In this document: piece after piece, positions 28,945-37,753 of the stretch | How the letters are laid out: each line of letters begins with the position of its first letter | How positions within the stretch are numbered: position 1 is the first letter of the stretch | Source: an uncultured Alphaproteobacteria bacterium | Lineage (GTDB): Bacteria; Pseudomonadota; Alphaproteobacteria; RF32; CAG-239 | Direction of reading: 5' to 3' | Length of the DNA stretch: 60,521 nucleotides | Assembly (NCBI GenBank): GCA_944389095.1 | Contig: CALXLC010000032.1 | Span: 1-60,521, forward strand | The notes under the pieces: generated by a model | Database searches by the model: none | The model's input: the letters and a program-made list of their open reading frames with translations, nothing else | Told to the model about the DNA's origin: nothing | Program-made: the position numbers and the translations under genes

Positions 28945-29832
28945 GTGTCGCAATACTGGTGGGTGGCGGCGCTGGGCTGCAGCGTGCTGACGTCGTTGTA
29001 TATATACGTCAATCAGATTTTCAGGCTTCCCGGCGCAATGATGATGGTTTACCGCGGATTCGGACAGGTTGTCATGCTGCTGCCGTTTGCTTTTTTGTTT
29101 GAGCCGATAGACAACTGGCAGTTTTATGCGTTGTGTACGCTGCAGGGGTTTTTGATAGCCTTTGACGATAACCGTCTGCTGCGTTCGTCCAAAGCGTTCG
29201 GCGCAGAGATAACCGGCGCCGTTCAACCGTTGTCCCTTGGCCTGATTTTTGCCCTGTGGCTGGTCATCCGTCCCCAGCAGTTTTTTGAACTAACGGCGGA
29301 CATCAGGCGTTTTTTGCTGGTTGTCGCCTGTCTGGCCGGGATAGCTTTTTCGATTATGGGGCTCAATAAAATCAAAGCCAGCCGCAAAGCTTTTCAATAT
29401 TTGCTGCCGGTGCTGTTTGCGCTCTCTCTTAATGACGTTGTCAACAAAGAAAGCATGCATTTCGGCGCGGCAAATTTGCCGTCGGCGATTTTTTATTATA
29501 TTTTAATAACCGCGGCGGTATCCGGAAGTGCAAACTTTTACGCTTTTTTGCGCCGACACCGGCCGAAAGATCTTGTAAACGGAAAAAATCTGCGGTGCGG
29601 AACAGTGTTTGTCGTTCTGGGTGCTTTGTTGATTGTGGTCAAAAATTTGGCTATGTATCTGACGCCCAATCCGGCATATGCTTCGGCATTGATTTTCTTG
29701 TATCCGCTATGGATAATCTTTGCCAATGCCTTGTATTTAAGGTGGAAAGGGTGTAAAGATTATCCCGGAGTCAATTTCAAAATAGTTGCTGTTTTGCTGA
29801 CTTCCGTTATCGGATTGGTTTTGGTGCATTAG
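28945..29832 (+). CDS. DMT/EamA-like multi-TM membrane protein
   Basis: About ten hydrophobic segments; GAGGAG RBS before the GTG start. Confidence 0.6.
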   Translation: MSQYWWVAALGCSVLTSLYIYVNQIFRLPGAMMMVYRGFGQVVMLLPFAFLFEPIDNWQFYALCTLQGFLIAFDDNRLLRSSKAFGAEITGAVQPLSLGLIFALWLVIRPQQFFELTADIRRFLLVVACLAGIAFSIMGLNKIKASRKAFQYLLPVLFALSLNDVVNKESMHFGAANLPSAIFYYILITAAVSGSANFYAFLRRHRPKDLVNGKNLRCGTVFVVLGALLIVVKNLAMYLTPNPAYASALIFLYPLWIIFANALYLRWKGCKDYPGVNFKIVAVLLTSVIGLVLVH

Positions 29833-29840
29833 AGACAGAC

Positions 29841-30272
29841 ATGAGTGAAGACGAGATTATAAATGCCAACGAAGCGCAGCTTTTGGGCGCGCTGGGACTG
29901 GCGGACGGACAGCCGTTGCAGGATTACGTTGCCTATGCCGGAAAAAGTTTGCCGGAGGGAAAGACGGACTTTGCCTCGCGTGAAGAAATTATCGCCGCCC
30001 TTAAAACCGTTTCTGACCCCGAAATTATGATAAATATTTGGGATTTGGGGCTGGTTTATAAAATCGAAACCAAAAGCAACGGCGATGTTTATATTGAAAT
30101 GACTGTCACCACGCCGACCTGCCCGGTTGCCGGCGTTTTGCCGCAGCAGGCCGCCGATGCGGTTGCTGCTCTGGACGGTGTCGGCGTGGTTGAAGTCAAA
30201 ATCGTCTGGGAACCGGCCTGGAGCTTCGAAAACATGAGCGATGAGGCCAAAGCCATGTTTGAATTGTTCTGA
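29841..30272 (+). CDS. DUF59/SufT-type Fe-S maturation protein
   Basis: ALKTVSDPEI.INIWDLGLVY…MTVTTPTCPVA…VWEPAW. Confidence 0.9.
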   Translation: MSEDEIINANEAQLLGALGLADGQPLQDYVAYAGKSLPEGKTDFASREEIIAALKTVSDPEIMINIWDLGLVYKIETKSNGDVYIEMTVTTPTCPVAGVLPQQAADAVAALDGVGVVEVKIVWEPAWSFENMSDEAKAMFELF

Positions 30273-30339
30273 AACAAAATTTTTGTTGCTTTCCGTTCTA
30301 AAACGTGTATCTTCATCTCCGATACTAAATTATTGAGAT

Positions 30340-31194
30340 ATGGATACACTGTTTTTGCGCCAAATGGCCTACCCTCACGAAAAAGTTCCTTTGTGGGGAA
30401 TTACTGCGGCGGAGGTTGAACAGTCTTTTTTCAAAGGCAATGTTCCCCGTATTTTGCTTCCTGACTTTGACTATACCGGCAAACCTTTGATAGCCATTGT
30501 CCTTGCGCAGGATTTGCATCCGGACCGCAGTAAGGAAGATTACACGGTCTTTCCCGATTATGTGGATGCCCTTGTTGCGGCAGGCGGCGCTCCGGTGTTT
30601 ATTGTTTATGACTATGTTTATGAGCAGCTTCGGCTGACGCGTCCGGACGGAATACTTCTGATCGGCGGCAATTTTCGCCTGATAAAGAAGCATCCCAACG
30701 CGCCGTATGAACGTCGTCCCCGTACTTATGTAAGCATGATAAAATACGCCATGCAGAACAATCTGCCCACTTTTTCCATTTGCGGCGGAATGCAGATGCT
30801 GGGTGTATATAAGGGGGCGGGAGTGAATACCGGGTTGAATGACAAACTGGACGAGGCATGCAGCCACCGCCAAAAACCATATATTCTGTCCCATGATGTC
30901 TGTCTGGCGCCAAACAGCCTGATACGCAAAATTGCCGGACAGGATAAAATAGCGGTAAACAGCTGCCATAACACGGCATTGACGGATGGTTTCCGGAATG
31001 ACGTTAGAGTCACCGGAAGAGCCCCCGACGGAACAATTGAGGTCATAGAGTTTGAACATCCCTGGAGCGACTTTGTCTTGTCGGTTCAATGGCATCCCGA
31101 ACGTCTGGTAAAGATTGGTGATGAGAATGCCAAAAAATTGTTTGCCGCATTTATAGATGCCGCAAACAAGTATCATCAAAAAACTGTCGGCTGA
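30340..31194 (+). CDS. peptidase C26 / gamma-glutamyl-GABA hydrolase-family glutamine amidotransferase
   Basis: DGILLIGG, SICGGMQ (catalytic Cys), VQWHPE. Confidence 0.85.
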   Translation: MDTLFLRQMAYPHEKVPLWGITAAEVEQSFFKGNVPRILLPDFDYTGKPLIAIVLAQDLHPDRSKEDYTVFPDYVDALVAAGGAPVFIVYDYVYEQLRLTRPDGILLIGGNFRLIKKHPNAPYERRPRTYVSMIKYAMQNNLPTFSICGGMQMLGVYKGAGVNTGLNDKLDEACSHRQKPYILSHDVCLAPNSLIRKIAGQDKIAVNSCHNTALTDGFRNDVRVTGRAPDGTIEVIEFEHPWSDFVLSVQWHPERLVKIGDENAKKLFAAFIDAANKYHQKTVG

Positions 31195-31217
31195 TTTTAT
31201 TCAGCCGGCATTTTTTT
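31185..31217 (+). terminator. intrinsic terminator
   Basis: TGTCGGCTGA-loop-TCAGCCGGCA followed by TTTTTTT. Confidence 0.7.
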
Positions 31218-31277
31218 ATGGACACTGAACGCTTTCGGTGTTACATCATAAAAACAGGTTTCAGACGGATAAAGCCC

Positions 31278-31679
31278 ATGAATATTGAAGAGTTAATTGA
31301 AAATTTTGAATTTTTGGACGGTTGGGAAGATAAATACCGCTACATTATTGATTTGGGAGAAAAACTTCCGCCGCTGGATGCCAAATTTCATACGGACGAA
31401 TGGAAGGTCCGCGGCTGTCAGTCGCAGGTGTGGCTGGTTCCGTCCAAGCGCCCGGACGGCACGCTTCATTTTGAAGGGGACAGCGATGCGATGATTGTCA
31501 AAGGGCTGATAGCAATTGTCCTGATGATATACTCGGATAAATCCCCGGCAGAAATTAAAGCGGTTGCGGTAGACGATATTTTTGCAAAACTGGGATTAAG
31601 CGAACACTTGAGCCCCAGCCGGCGCAACGGGCTGATTGCCATGACCGAAAAAATCCGCGCTTATGCCGGCATCCTCTGA
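31278..31679 (+). CDS. sufE: SufE-family sulfur acceptor
   Basis: WEDKYRYIIDLG, VRGCQSQVW, DSDAMIVKGL, LSPSRRNGL. Confidence 0.93.
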   Translation: MNIEELIENFEFLDGWEDKYRYIIDLGEKLPPLDAKFHTDEWKVRGCQSQVWLVPSKRPDGTLHFEGDSDAMIVKGLIAIVLMIYSDKSPAEIKAVAVDDIFAKLGLSEHLSPSRRNGLIAMTEKIRAYAGIL

Positions 31680-31696
31680 ACAAAGGAATTCTTTGC

Positions 31697-32899
31697 ATGA
31701 ACATCCACGAATATCAGGCAAAAAAAATTCTCAGCCGCTACGGCATTAAAATTCCCAAAGGCGGTGTGGCATATACGCCGCACGAGGCCAAAAGGGTCGC
31801 TTTCCGCAGCACGCTTCGCGGCCCGTGGATGCTCAAGGCGCAAATCCAGTCCGGTGCCCGCAACAAGGGGTATTTTCTGGAGAAAAAAGCCGGCAAAGGC
31901 GGCGGTATCCGTCTGATTAAAAGCCGGCGTGACATCGTAACGGAAGCGGAAAAAATGCTCGGTTCGACGTTGGTAACCGTTCAAACCGGTCCCAAAGGCA
32001 AACAGGTTGGGCGTTTGTATGTCGAAGCGTTTACAAAAGTCAACGGCATTTTTTATGCGGGACTGGCCATTGACCGCCTCAACGCGGCATTAACGCTGCT
32101 GGTGGCCGAGGTTGTCAATTATGATATTTCGGAGCTTGCGGTCCGGCATCCGGAACGGATTCTCAAGATACCGCTTGACCTTGAGGGAGAAACCACGCCC
32201 GAGCAGGTACGCCGGGTTATGGATTTTTTGAAACTTCCGCCGCGTTGTGCCAAAAATCTCGAAGTTTTTATCAACGGGCTGCACCGGGCGTTTATAGACA
32301 ATGATGCGGTTATGATTGAAATTAACCCGGCCGGCGTTACCCAAGGCGGGGAAATTGTCGCGCTGGACGCCAAAATTTCATTTGATGACAACGCGCTTTA
32401 CCGGCATCAGGAAATCCTGCGGCTTAAGGACGATTACGAGGCTTCCGAGCGAGAGCTTCAAGCCGCCAAATATCGTTTTAATTATAGTGAATTTGACGGT
32501 TCCGTCGGCCTTATCGTCAACGGCGACGGAATAGCTTTGGCCGCAATGGATTTGCTGCGCGGCAAGGGCATAGGCACCGCTTGTTTTTTGAATGTTAAAG
32601 GCGGCGTTGACAAAGACAAAATCGCTTCGGGAATAAAAATCATTATGACCAATCCGCGGGTAGAAGGAATTTTAATTAATATTCTGGGCGGTTTTTTGCG
32701 TTGCAATCTGATTGCCGACGGCATTATTTCGGCGGCATCGGAAGTCGGTTTGAATGTACCTCTGATTGTGCGTTTTGAAGGGACAAACAAAGACGAGGCC
32801 CGGGAAATTCTTGAAAAATCCAGGTTGCCGATTATTATGGCCGAAACCATGGAAGACGCGGTCAACAAACTTTCTGACGCGGTTGAGGAGAACGAGTGA
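31697..32899 (+). CDS. sucC: succinyl-CoA synthetase beta subunit-like (divergent motifs)
   Basis: MNIHEYQAK, LVTVQTGPKG, EINP, LDAKISFDDNALYRH, VRFEGTN; several conserved motifs are altered. Confidence 0.85.
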   Translation: MNIHEYQAKKILSRYGIKIPKGGVAYTPHEAKRVAFRSTLRGPWMLKAQIQSGARNKGYFLEKKAGKGGGIRLIKSRRDIVTEAEKMLGSTLVTVQTGPKGKQVGRLYVEAFTKVNGIFYAGLAIDRLNAALTLLVAEVVNYDISELAVRHPERILKIPLDLEGETTPEQVRRVMDFLKLPPRCAKNLEVFINGLHRAFIDNDAVMIEINPAGVTQGGEIVALDAKISFDDNALYRHQEILRLKDDYEASERELQAAKYRFNYSEFDGSVGLIVNGDGIALAAMDLLRGKGIGTACFLNVKGGVDKDKIASGIKIIMTNPRVEGILINILGGFLRCNLIADGIISAASEVGLNVPLIVRFEGTNKDEAREILEKSRLPIIMAETMEDAVNKLSDAVEENE

Positions 32900-33777
32900 T
32901 GTCGATTTTAGTCAACAAAGACACCAGAGTCGTCTGCCAGGGAATTACCGGAACACAGGCCACGTTTCACATTCGCCGGTCGTTGGATTACGGAACCAGG
33001 GTCGTCAGCGGCGTCACGCCGGGTAAAGGCGGCGAAATACATTTGGGGCTTCCGGTTTTTAATACGGTCAGGGAAGCAAAAGCCGAAACCGGTGCCAATG
33101 CCAGCGTGATGTATGTGCCGGCGCCGTATGTCAAATCTGCAGTACGGGAGGCCGTGGAGGCCGAATTGGATTTGTCGGTCTGTATCGCGGATGGGGTTCC
33201 GGTTAAAGATATGTTGGAGATAAAGGCGATGCTTAAAGGCGCCAAAACCAGGTTTATCGGCCCGAACACCCCGGGAATTATCACGCCGGGACAGGCGCGT
33301 CTGGGCATTTTTCCCGAAAACATTCACACGCCCGGAAAAGTCGGTATTATTTCCCGTTCGTCCACGTTGACCTATGAGGCGGTTCTTGAAACCACCCGTG
33401 CCGGAGAAGGACAGTCGACCGTCATCGGTTTGGGCGATGATATGTTGATAGGAATCGATTTTGTGGAGGCGGTGCGGCAGTTTCAGGAGGATGACGAAAC
33501 CCGGGCCGTTGTCATGATCGGCCAGGCCGGCGGCACGTTTGAAGAAGAGGCCGCCCGCTACTATCAGCGGCTGGAACACAAAAAGCCGTTAATCGGATTC
33601 GTTGCCGGCAATGCGGTTCCGTTCGGGCATAAAATGGGCTATGCCGGAGATATCATGACCAACGGACATGTTTCCGCACAGGATAAAAAAGATGCCATGG
33701 CCGCGGCGGGTATTACCGTTGTTGAAAAAATCAACGATATCCACAAAGAACTTTCCAAAATTTTTGCGTCGGCCTGA
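32899..33777 (+). CDS. sucD: succinyl-CoA synthetase alpha subunit-like (catalytic His replaced by Tyr)
   Basis: QGITG, GVTPGKGG, IGPNTPG, SRSSTLTYE; MGYAG where MGHAG is expected. Confidence 0.85.
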   Translation: MSILVNKDTRVVCQGITGTQATFHIRRSLDYGTRVVSGVTPGKGGEIHLGLPVFNTVREAKAETGANASVMYVPAPYVKSAVREAVEAELDLSVCIADGVPVKDMLEIKAMLKGAKTRFIGPNTPGIITPGQARLGIFPENIHTPGKVGIISRSSTLTYEAVLETTRAGEGQSTVIGLGDDMLIGIDFVEAVRQFQEDDETRAVVMIGQAGGTFEEEAARYYQRLEHKKPLIGFVAGNAVPFGHKMGYAGDIMTNGHVSAQDKKDAMAAAGITVVEKINDIHKELSKIFASA

Positions 33778-34496
33778 TGTCTGGGATATGGAAACAACTG
33801 CTGAACGTTTTTTTGCCGCCGCGTTGCTTGAAATGCGGACGGATTGTTGAAAGCGGCGCGGCTTTGTGTCCGGACTGCTTTAATGAGATGCATTTTATCT
33901 CGGCGCCTTATTGTCAATGTTGCGGCCGGCCGTTTGAAAATGCAGAAAACAATACAGCCCTGCTGTGCGGAGAGTGTTTGCAAAAACGCCGAAAATTGCT
34001 GCGTATGAGCCGGGCGGCTTTTGTGTATAATGATGTCTCCAAACCGTTGGTGATTAATCTGAAGTTTCATGACAAAACCGAAAACGCCGGTGCTTTGGCG
34101 CAAATGATGTATGCTGCCGGACATGATATTTGGCAGGCTTCTGCGGATTTGATAATTCCGGTGCCGCTGCATTACCTGCGGTTGATAAAACGCCGTTATA
34201 ATCAGGCGGGGCTTTTGGCCGGATATGTCAGCCGTTACAGCGGCATTCCCGTCAATTACGATGTTTTGTGCCGTTGCCGTCACACCCGGCCGCAGGTTGA
34301 ATTTTCCGGTCATGCCCGGATAAAAAATGTCAAGAACGCCTTTGCCGTCAGACACCCCGAAAAAGTCAAAGGAAAAAGAATTGTGCTGGTGGATGACGTT
34401 ATGACAACCGGTTCCACGTTGCGGGAATGTGCCGTGGTTTTAAAAAAAGCCGGAGCCAAATCGGTTGACACCCTGACCGCCGCTCGCGTAATCTGA
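33777..34496 (+). CDS. comF: ComF-family double zinc-ribbon/PRTase protein
   Basis: Four CxxC pairs, PVPLH…RRYNQ, LVDDVMTTGST. Confidence 0.9.
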   Translation: MSGIWKQLLNVFLPPRCLKCGRIVESGAALCPDCFNEMHFISAPYCQCCGRPFENAENNTALLCGECLQKRRKLLRMSRAAFVYNDVSKPLVINLKFHDKTENAGALAQMMYAAGHDIWQASADLIIPVPLHYLRLIKRRYNQAGLLAGYVSRYSGIPVNYDVLCRCRHTRPQVEFSGHARIKNVKNAFAVRHPEKVKGKRIVLVDDVMTTGSTLRECAVVLKKAGAKSVDTLTAARVI

Positions 34497-34592
34497 AAAA
34501 GAACCGCAGTCGGATACGGAAATAATTTGCCTTCCGTTCAGCTTCTGCAGGTGACTTTTTTGTTGCAAAATCATTTTCATCTTATATCATAA

Positions 34593-34767
34593 TTCTGTCG
34601 TCCGGAGAGCGGACGGCGGAGTGTAGCAGCTCCAAATGACAAAAAGAACAACTCCTTAAATGGGGAGCCGGGGGAATAAGCATGTCTGCATGACGAAGAA
34701 CCCGGACTGTTCTGTCATACAGTTGCTAACTCCCCGCTTCGTTGTTGTAACGAAGCGGTTTTGTTTT
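34593..34767 (+). ncRNA. structured leader RNA, copy B
   Basis: Hairpin 34593-34621; TAGCA(34624)/TGCTA(34724) and ATGACA(34636)/TGTCAT(34713) pairs; terminator CCGCTTCGTT/AACGAAGCGG plus TTTTGTTTT. Confidence 0.7.
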
Positions 34768-34794
34768 AATCGAAACAAATTAAGGAGTTACAAA

Positions 34795-35037
34795 ATGTCA
34801 AACAACAAAGAAATGAAGGACTTGTCCCGCGGCGGCCGCCGGTTGGGACAGCAGCTTCACGACCTGAGAATATTCAATCGGTTAAGTATTGAGGAAGTCC
34901 ACGTCAAAACCGGCATACCCACCTGGTGGATAGACGCGATAGAGCTCGGCAACCGCGAACTGAGGCTTGAACATCTTTATGTTCTGGCCAAGTTGTATAA
35001 CCGGAAGGTGGTTATTTCTTTGGAAGACCGAGAATAA
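34795..35037 (+). CDS. XRE/Cro-like HTH protein (80 aa)
   Basis: AAGGAG RBS; LGQQLHDLRIFNRLSIEEVHVKTGIPTWWIDAIELGN; near-identical to 45524-45766 and 58263-58505. Confidence 0.85.
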   Translation: MSNNKEMKDLSRGGRRLGQQLHDLRIFNRLSIEEVHVKTGIPTWWIDAIELGNRELRLEHLYVLAKLYNRKVVISLEDRE

Positions 35038-35041
35038 ATAC

Positions 35042-35069
35042 AAAGGCCGGGAAAATTCCCGGCCTTTTT
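35042..35069. terminator. bidirectional terminator (cassette B / tkt)
   Basis: AAAGGCCGGGAA-AA-TTCCCGGCCTTTTT. Confidence 0.8.
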
Positions 35070-35083
35070 CAGAAAGCGGCGGA

Positions 35084-37048
35084 TTATTTCAGACAATTTT
35101 TAACAGCGTCAACCACTTCATCGATCGTAATGCCGAAGTATTTGTACAATTCTTCGGCCGGTCCCGAAGCGCCGAAACCGTCCATGCCGATAATATCGCC
35201 GTTTAAGCCGACATATTTTTCCCAGCCGAATTTGGAAGCGGCTTCCACCGCCACCCGGGGACAATTGCCCAAAACCTGCTCCTGATAATCGGGTGTCTGT
35301 GCATCAAAAAGTTCGGTGCAGGGCATGGAAACAACAGCGGTTTCAATACCTTCTTCTTTCAGTTTTTTCATGGCGTCAACAGCCAGAGAAACTTCCGAAC
35401 CGGTAGCGATAATCGTCGCCTGGCGCTTATCCGCGTTTCCGGCGATAACATAACCGCCTTTGGCCGTCAGATTTTCTTTGGCGGACGTCCTCAGCAGCGG
35501 CAGTCCCTGACGGGTTAAGGCCAGCAGGCTGGGTTTGTTGTCGGTTTCAAGAGCCGTTTGCCAGGCCTCGGCGGTCTCCACAACGTCGCAGGGACGGAAG
35601 GTCAGAATATTCGGCATGCAACGGTATGAGGCCAGATGTTCAATGGGCTGATGCGTCGGACCGTCTTCTCCGACACCGATGGAATCATGCGTCAGCACAT
35701 AAATAACGCGGATTCCCATAAGCGCGGCCAAACGCATCGACGGGCGCATATAGTCCGAAAAAACAAAAAACGTGCCGCCGAACGGAATAATACCGCCGTG
35801 CAGGGCCATGCCGTTCATAATGGCGCCCATCGCATGCTCGCGAATGCCGTACATAATGTTGTTGCCGCTATAATCGTCCTTGGTGACGGTTTTGGAAACC
35901 TTGGTCAGGGTCAGGTTAGAGGCCGCCAAATCCGCCGACCCGCCGACAATTTGCGGAATATGCGGAACAATGGCTTCCAGACACATCTGCGAGGCTTTGC
36001 GAGTGGCAACTTTGGTCTTTTCGGCAATTGCCGTTTCTTTAAGAGCATTTAATTCTTTATCCCAGCCGGCGGGAAGGCGACCTTCGATAATGTCACAAAA
36101 ATCTGAACCTTTGCTTTGAGCGCGTTTTTCCCATTCCGAATAGGCCTGTTCGCTGCGGGCCCCCGCCATCCGCCAGGCATTCAGCACTTCTGTCGGAATT
36201 TCAAACGGCGGATAATTCCAGTCCAAAGCCTGTCTCATGGCCGCCAGTTCTTCCGCGCCCAACGGAGAACCGTGACATTTCGACGTGCCGCATTTGGTCG
36301 GAGCGCCGTACCCGATTTTGGTTTTGCAGGCAATCAGGACCGGGCGGTCGGAAGCTCGTGCCGTTTGAATAGCCTGACGGATGGCGTCGTAATCATGGCC
36401 GTCAATCTCCAGCGTATTCCAGCCCACGGCCTGAAAACGCTTAATCTGATCGGTTGAATTGGCATCGGTAACATGACCGTCAATGGTGATATTGTTGTTG
36501 TCCCAAAAAACAACCAGTTTGTTTAATTTCCAATGACCGGCCAGCGAAATCGCTTCTTCCGAAATTCCTTCCATCAGACAGCCGTCCCCGGCAATTACAT
36601 AGGTATAATGGTTGCAGACATCCTCGCCGTATTTGGCGGCCAAAATCCTTTCGGCCAAAGCCATGCCGACGGCGGAACTGATACCCTGTCCCAGCGGTCC
36701 GGTTGTCATGTCAATACCGACCAGATGCCCGTATTCCGGGTGGCCGGCGGTTTTGGCGCCGAGCTGCCGGAAATTTTTAATGTCTTCAAGCGTAATGTCT
36801 TCATAACCCATGAGGTACAGCAGCGAATAAAGCAGCATGGAACCGTGTCCGGCCGACAGAACAAAACGGTCGCGGTCGAACCAGCGCGGATGTTGGGGAC
36901 TGAGCTTGATGAATTCAGAAAAAAGAACCGTGGCGACATCGGCCATTCCCAGCGGCATGCCGGGATGTCCCGATTTGGATTTTTCGATTGCATCCGCAGA
37001 CAAAAAGCGGATAGCGTTAGCCATTTTGGATTCTGAATTTATGTTCAT
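35084..37048 (-). CDS. tkt: transketolase
   Basis: SGHPGMPLG, RDRFVLSAGHGSML, GDGCLMEG, THDSIGVGEDGPTHQP. Confidence 0.97.
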   Translation of the reverse strand: MNINSESKMANAIRFLSADAIEKSKSGHPGMPLGMADVATVLFSEFIKLSPQHPRWFDRDRFVLSAGHGSMLLYSLLYLMGYEDITLEDIKNFRQLGAKTAGHPEYGHLVGIDMTTGPLGQGISSAVGMALAERILAAKYGEDVCNHYTYVIAGDGCLMEGISEEAISLAGHWKLNKLVVFWDNNNITIDGHVTDANSTDQIKRFQAVGWNTLEIDGHDYDAIRQAIQTARASDRPVLIACKTKIGYGAPTKCGTSKCHGSPLGAEELAAMRQALDWNYPPFEIPTEVLNAWRMAGARSEQAYSEWEKRAQSKGSDFCDIIEGRLPAGWDKELNALKETAIAEKTKVATRKASQMCLEAIVPHIPQIVGGSADLAASNLTLTKVSKTVTKDDYSGNNIMYGIREHAMGAIMNGMALHGGIIPFGGTFFVFSDYMRPSMRLAALMGIRVIYVLTHDSIGVGEDGPTHQPIEHLASYRCMPNILTFRPCDVVETAEAWQTALETDNKPSLLALTRQGLPLLRTSAKENLTAKGGYVIAGNADKRQATIIATGSEVSLAVDAMKKLKEEGIETAVVSMPCTELFDAQTPDYQEQVLGNCPRVAVEAASKFGWEKYVGLNGDIIGMDGFGASGPAEELYKYFGITIDEVVDAVKNCLK

Positions 37049-37073
37049 AAAACTTCTCCTGTTATTTTTTTAG

Positions 37074-37721
37074 CTAAAGGCTGCATGAACTGCAGGAAGA
37101 TTTTTTCGGCCGCTGTTCGATAATAATCGGCTGATTGTATCCTTCCTCAATATAAACCGTTCTTTCTATAATTTCCGGTTCGTCCTTTCCGGTCTCATCC
37201 GGCAGGGAAGAAGGCTCAAAATCAAAAGCTCGCTGATTATAATTATACTCCGCGCGGGTCAGGTCAATGCCCAGATAAATCGTAAAATCCTCATACCCTT
37301 CATACGGTACCCGGACTTTGACCGGAGCGCCGCTGAATTGCTTGTCAGCCTCATTTTCGGCAATCTCAACCGAGGCGCTGTAGCTTTTTTTGCCCAAAAA
37401 AGCCGGAGGTCCTTCCACCGGGTCGGTATAAAAGCTAAAGTCAACTCTGGTAACGTCCGAAGGGTGCAGGCGTTTAATTCTGAAATGCGGCGTAACTACC
37501 GCTACCCGGCGGCGGATATGGCTGACATTATAACAAAAGACGTCATATCCGGTAAGCTCGATGGCAAATTCATCGCGGTAATTAACCAGCTGAACCTGCC
37601 TGCTTCGGTCCTTGACAATGGAAACCGGCGGACATCCACCGGTTTCCCCGTTGTACAAACCGGAGGAAGAACAGGCTCCGCAAAGCAAAATCAAAAATAA
37701 ATACCAATATTTTTTATGCAT
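37074..37721 (-). CDS. hypothetical lipoprotein
   Basis: Lipobox-like CGAC; CPPVSIV motif; C-terminal CSSC. Confidence 0.7.
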   Translation of the reverse strand: MHKKYWYLFLILLCGACSSSGLYNGETGGCPPVSIVKDRSRQVQLVNYRDEFAIELTGYDVFCYNVSHIRRRVAVVTPHFRIKRLHPSDVTRVDFSFYTDPVEGPPAFLGKKSYSASVEIAENEADKQFSGAPVKVRVPYEGYEDFTIYLGIDLTRAEYNYNQRAFDFEPSSLPDETGKDEPEIIERTVYIEEGYNQPIIIEQRPKKSSCSSCSL

Positions 37722-37753
37722 TCGACATCCTCTGCCCGTTACTATAACAGACT

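Larger units (their letters stand above)
34563..35069 (+). repeat. promoter-leader RNA-HTH cassette, copy B
   Basis: TTGCAA 34563-34568, TATCAT 34585-34590, leader, ORF 34795-35037, hairpin 35042-35069. Confidence 0.88.

Noticed and set aside
30325-31179. 284-aa - strand ORF
   Set aside because: Mirror of the C26 peptidase, which has the catalytic motifs.
34660-34794. 45-codon in-frame N-terminal extension of the copy B HTH running through the leader RNA
   Set aside because: The same frame hits TGA in copy D (TGT TCG TGA) and copy A, and the RBS sits at 34782-34787. It is most likely a by-product of the RNA sequence.
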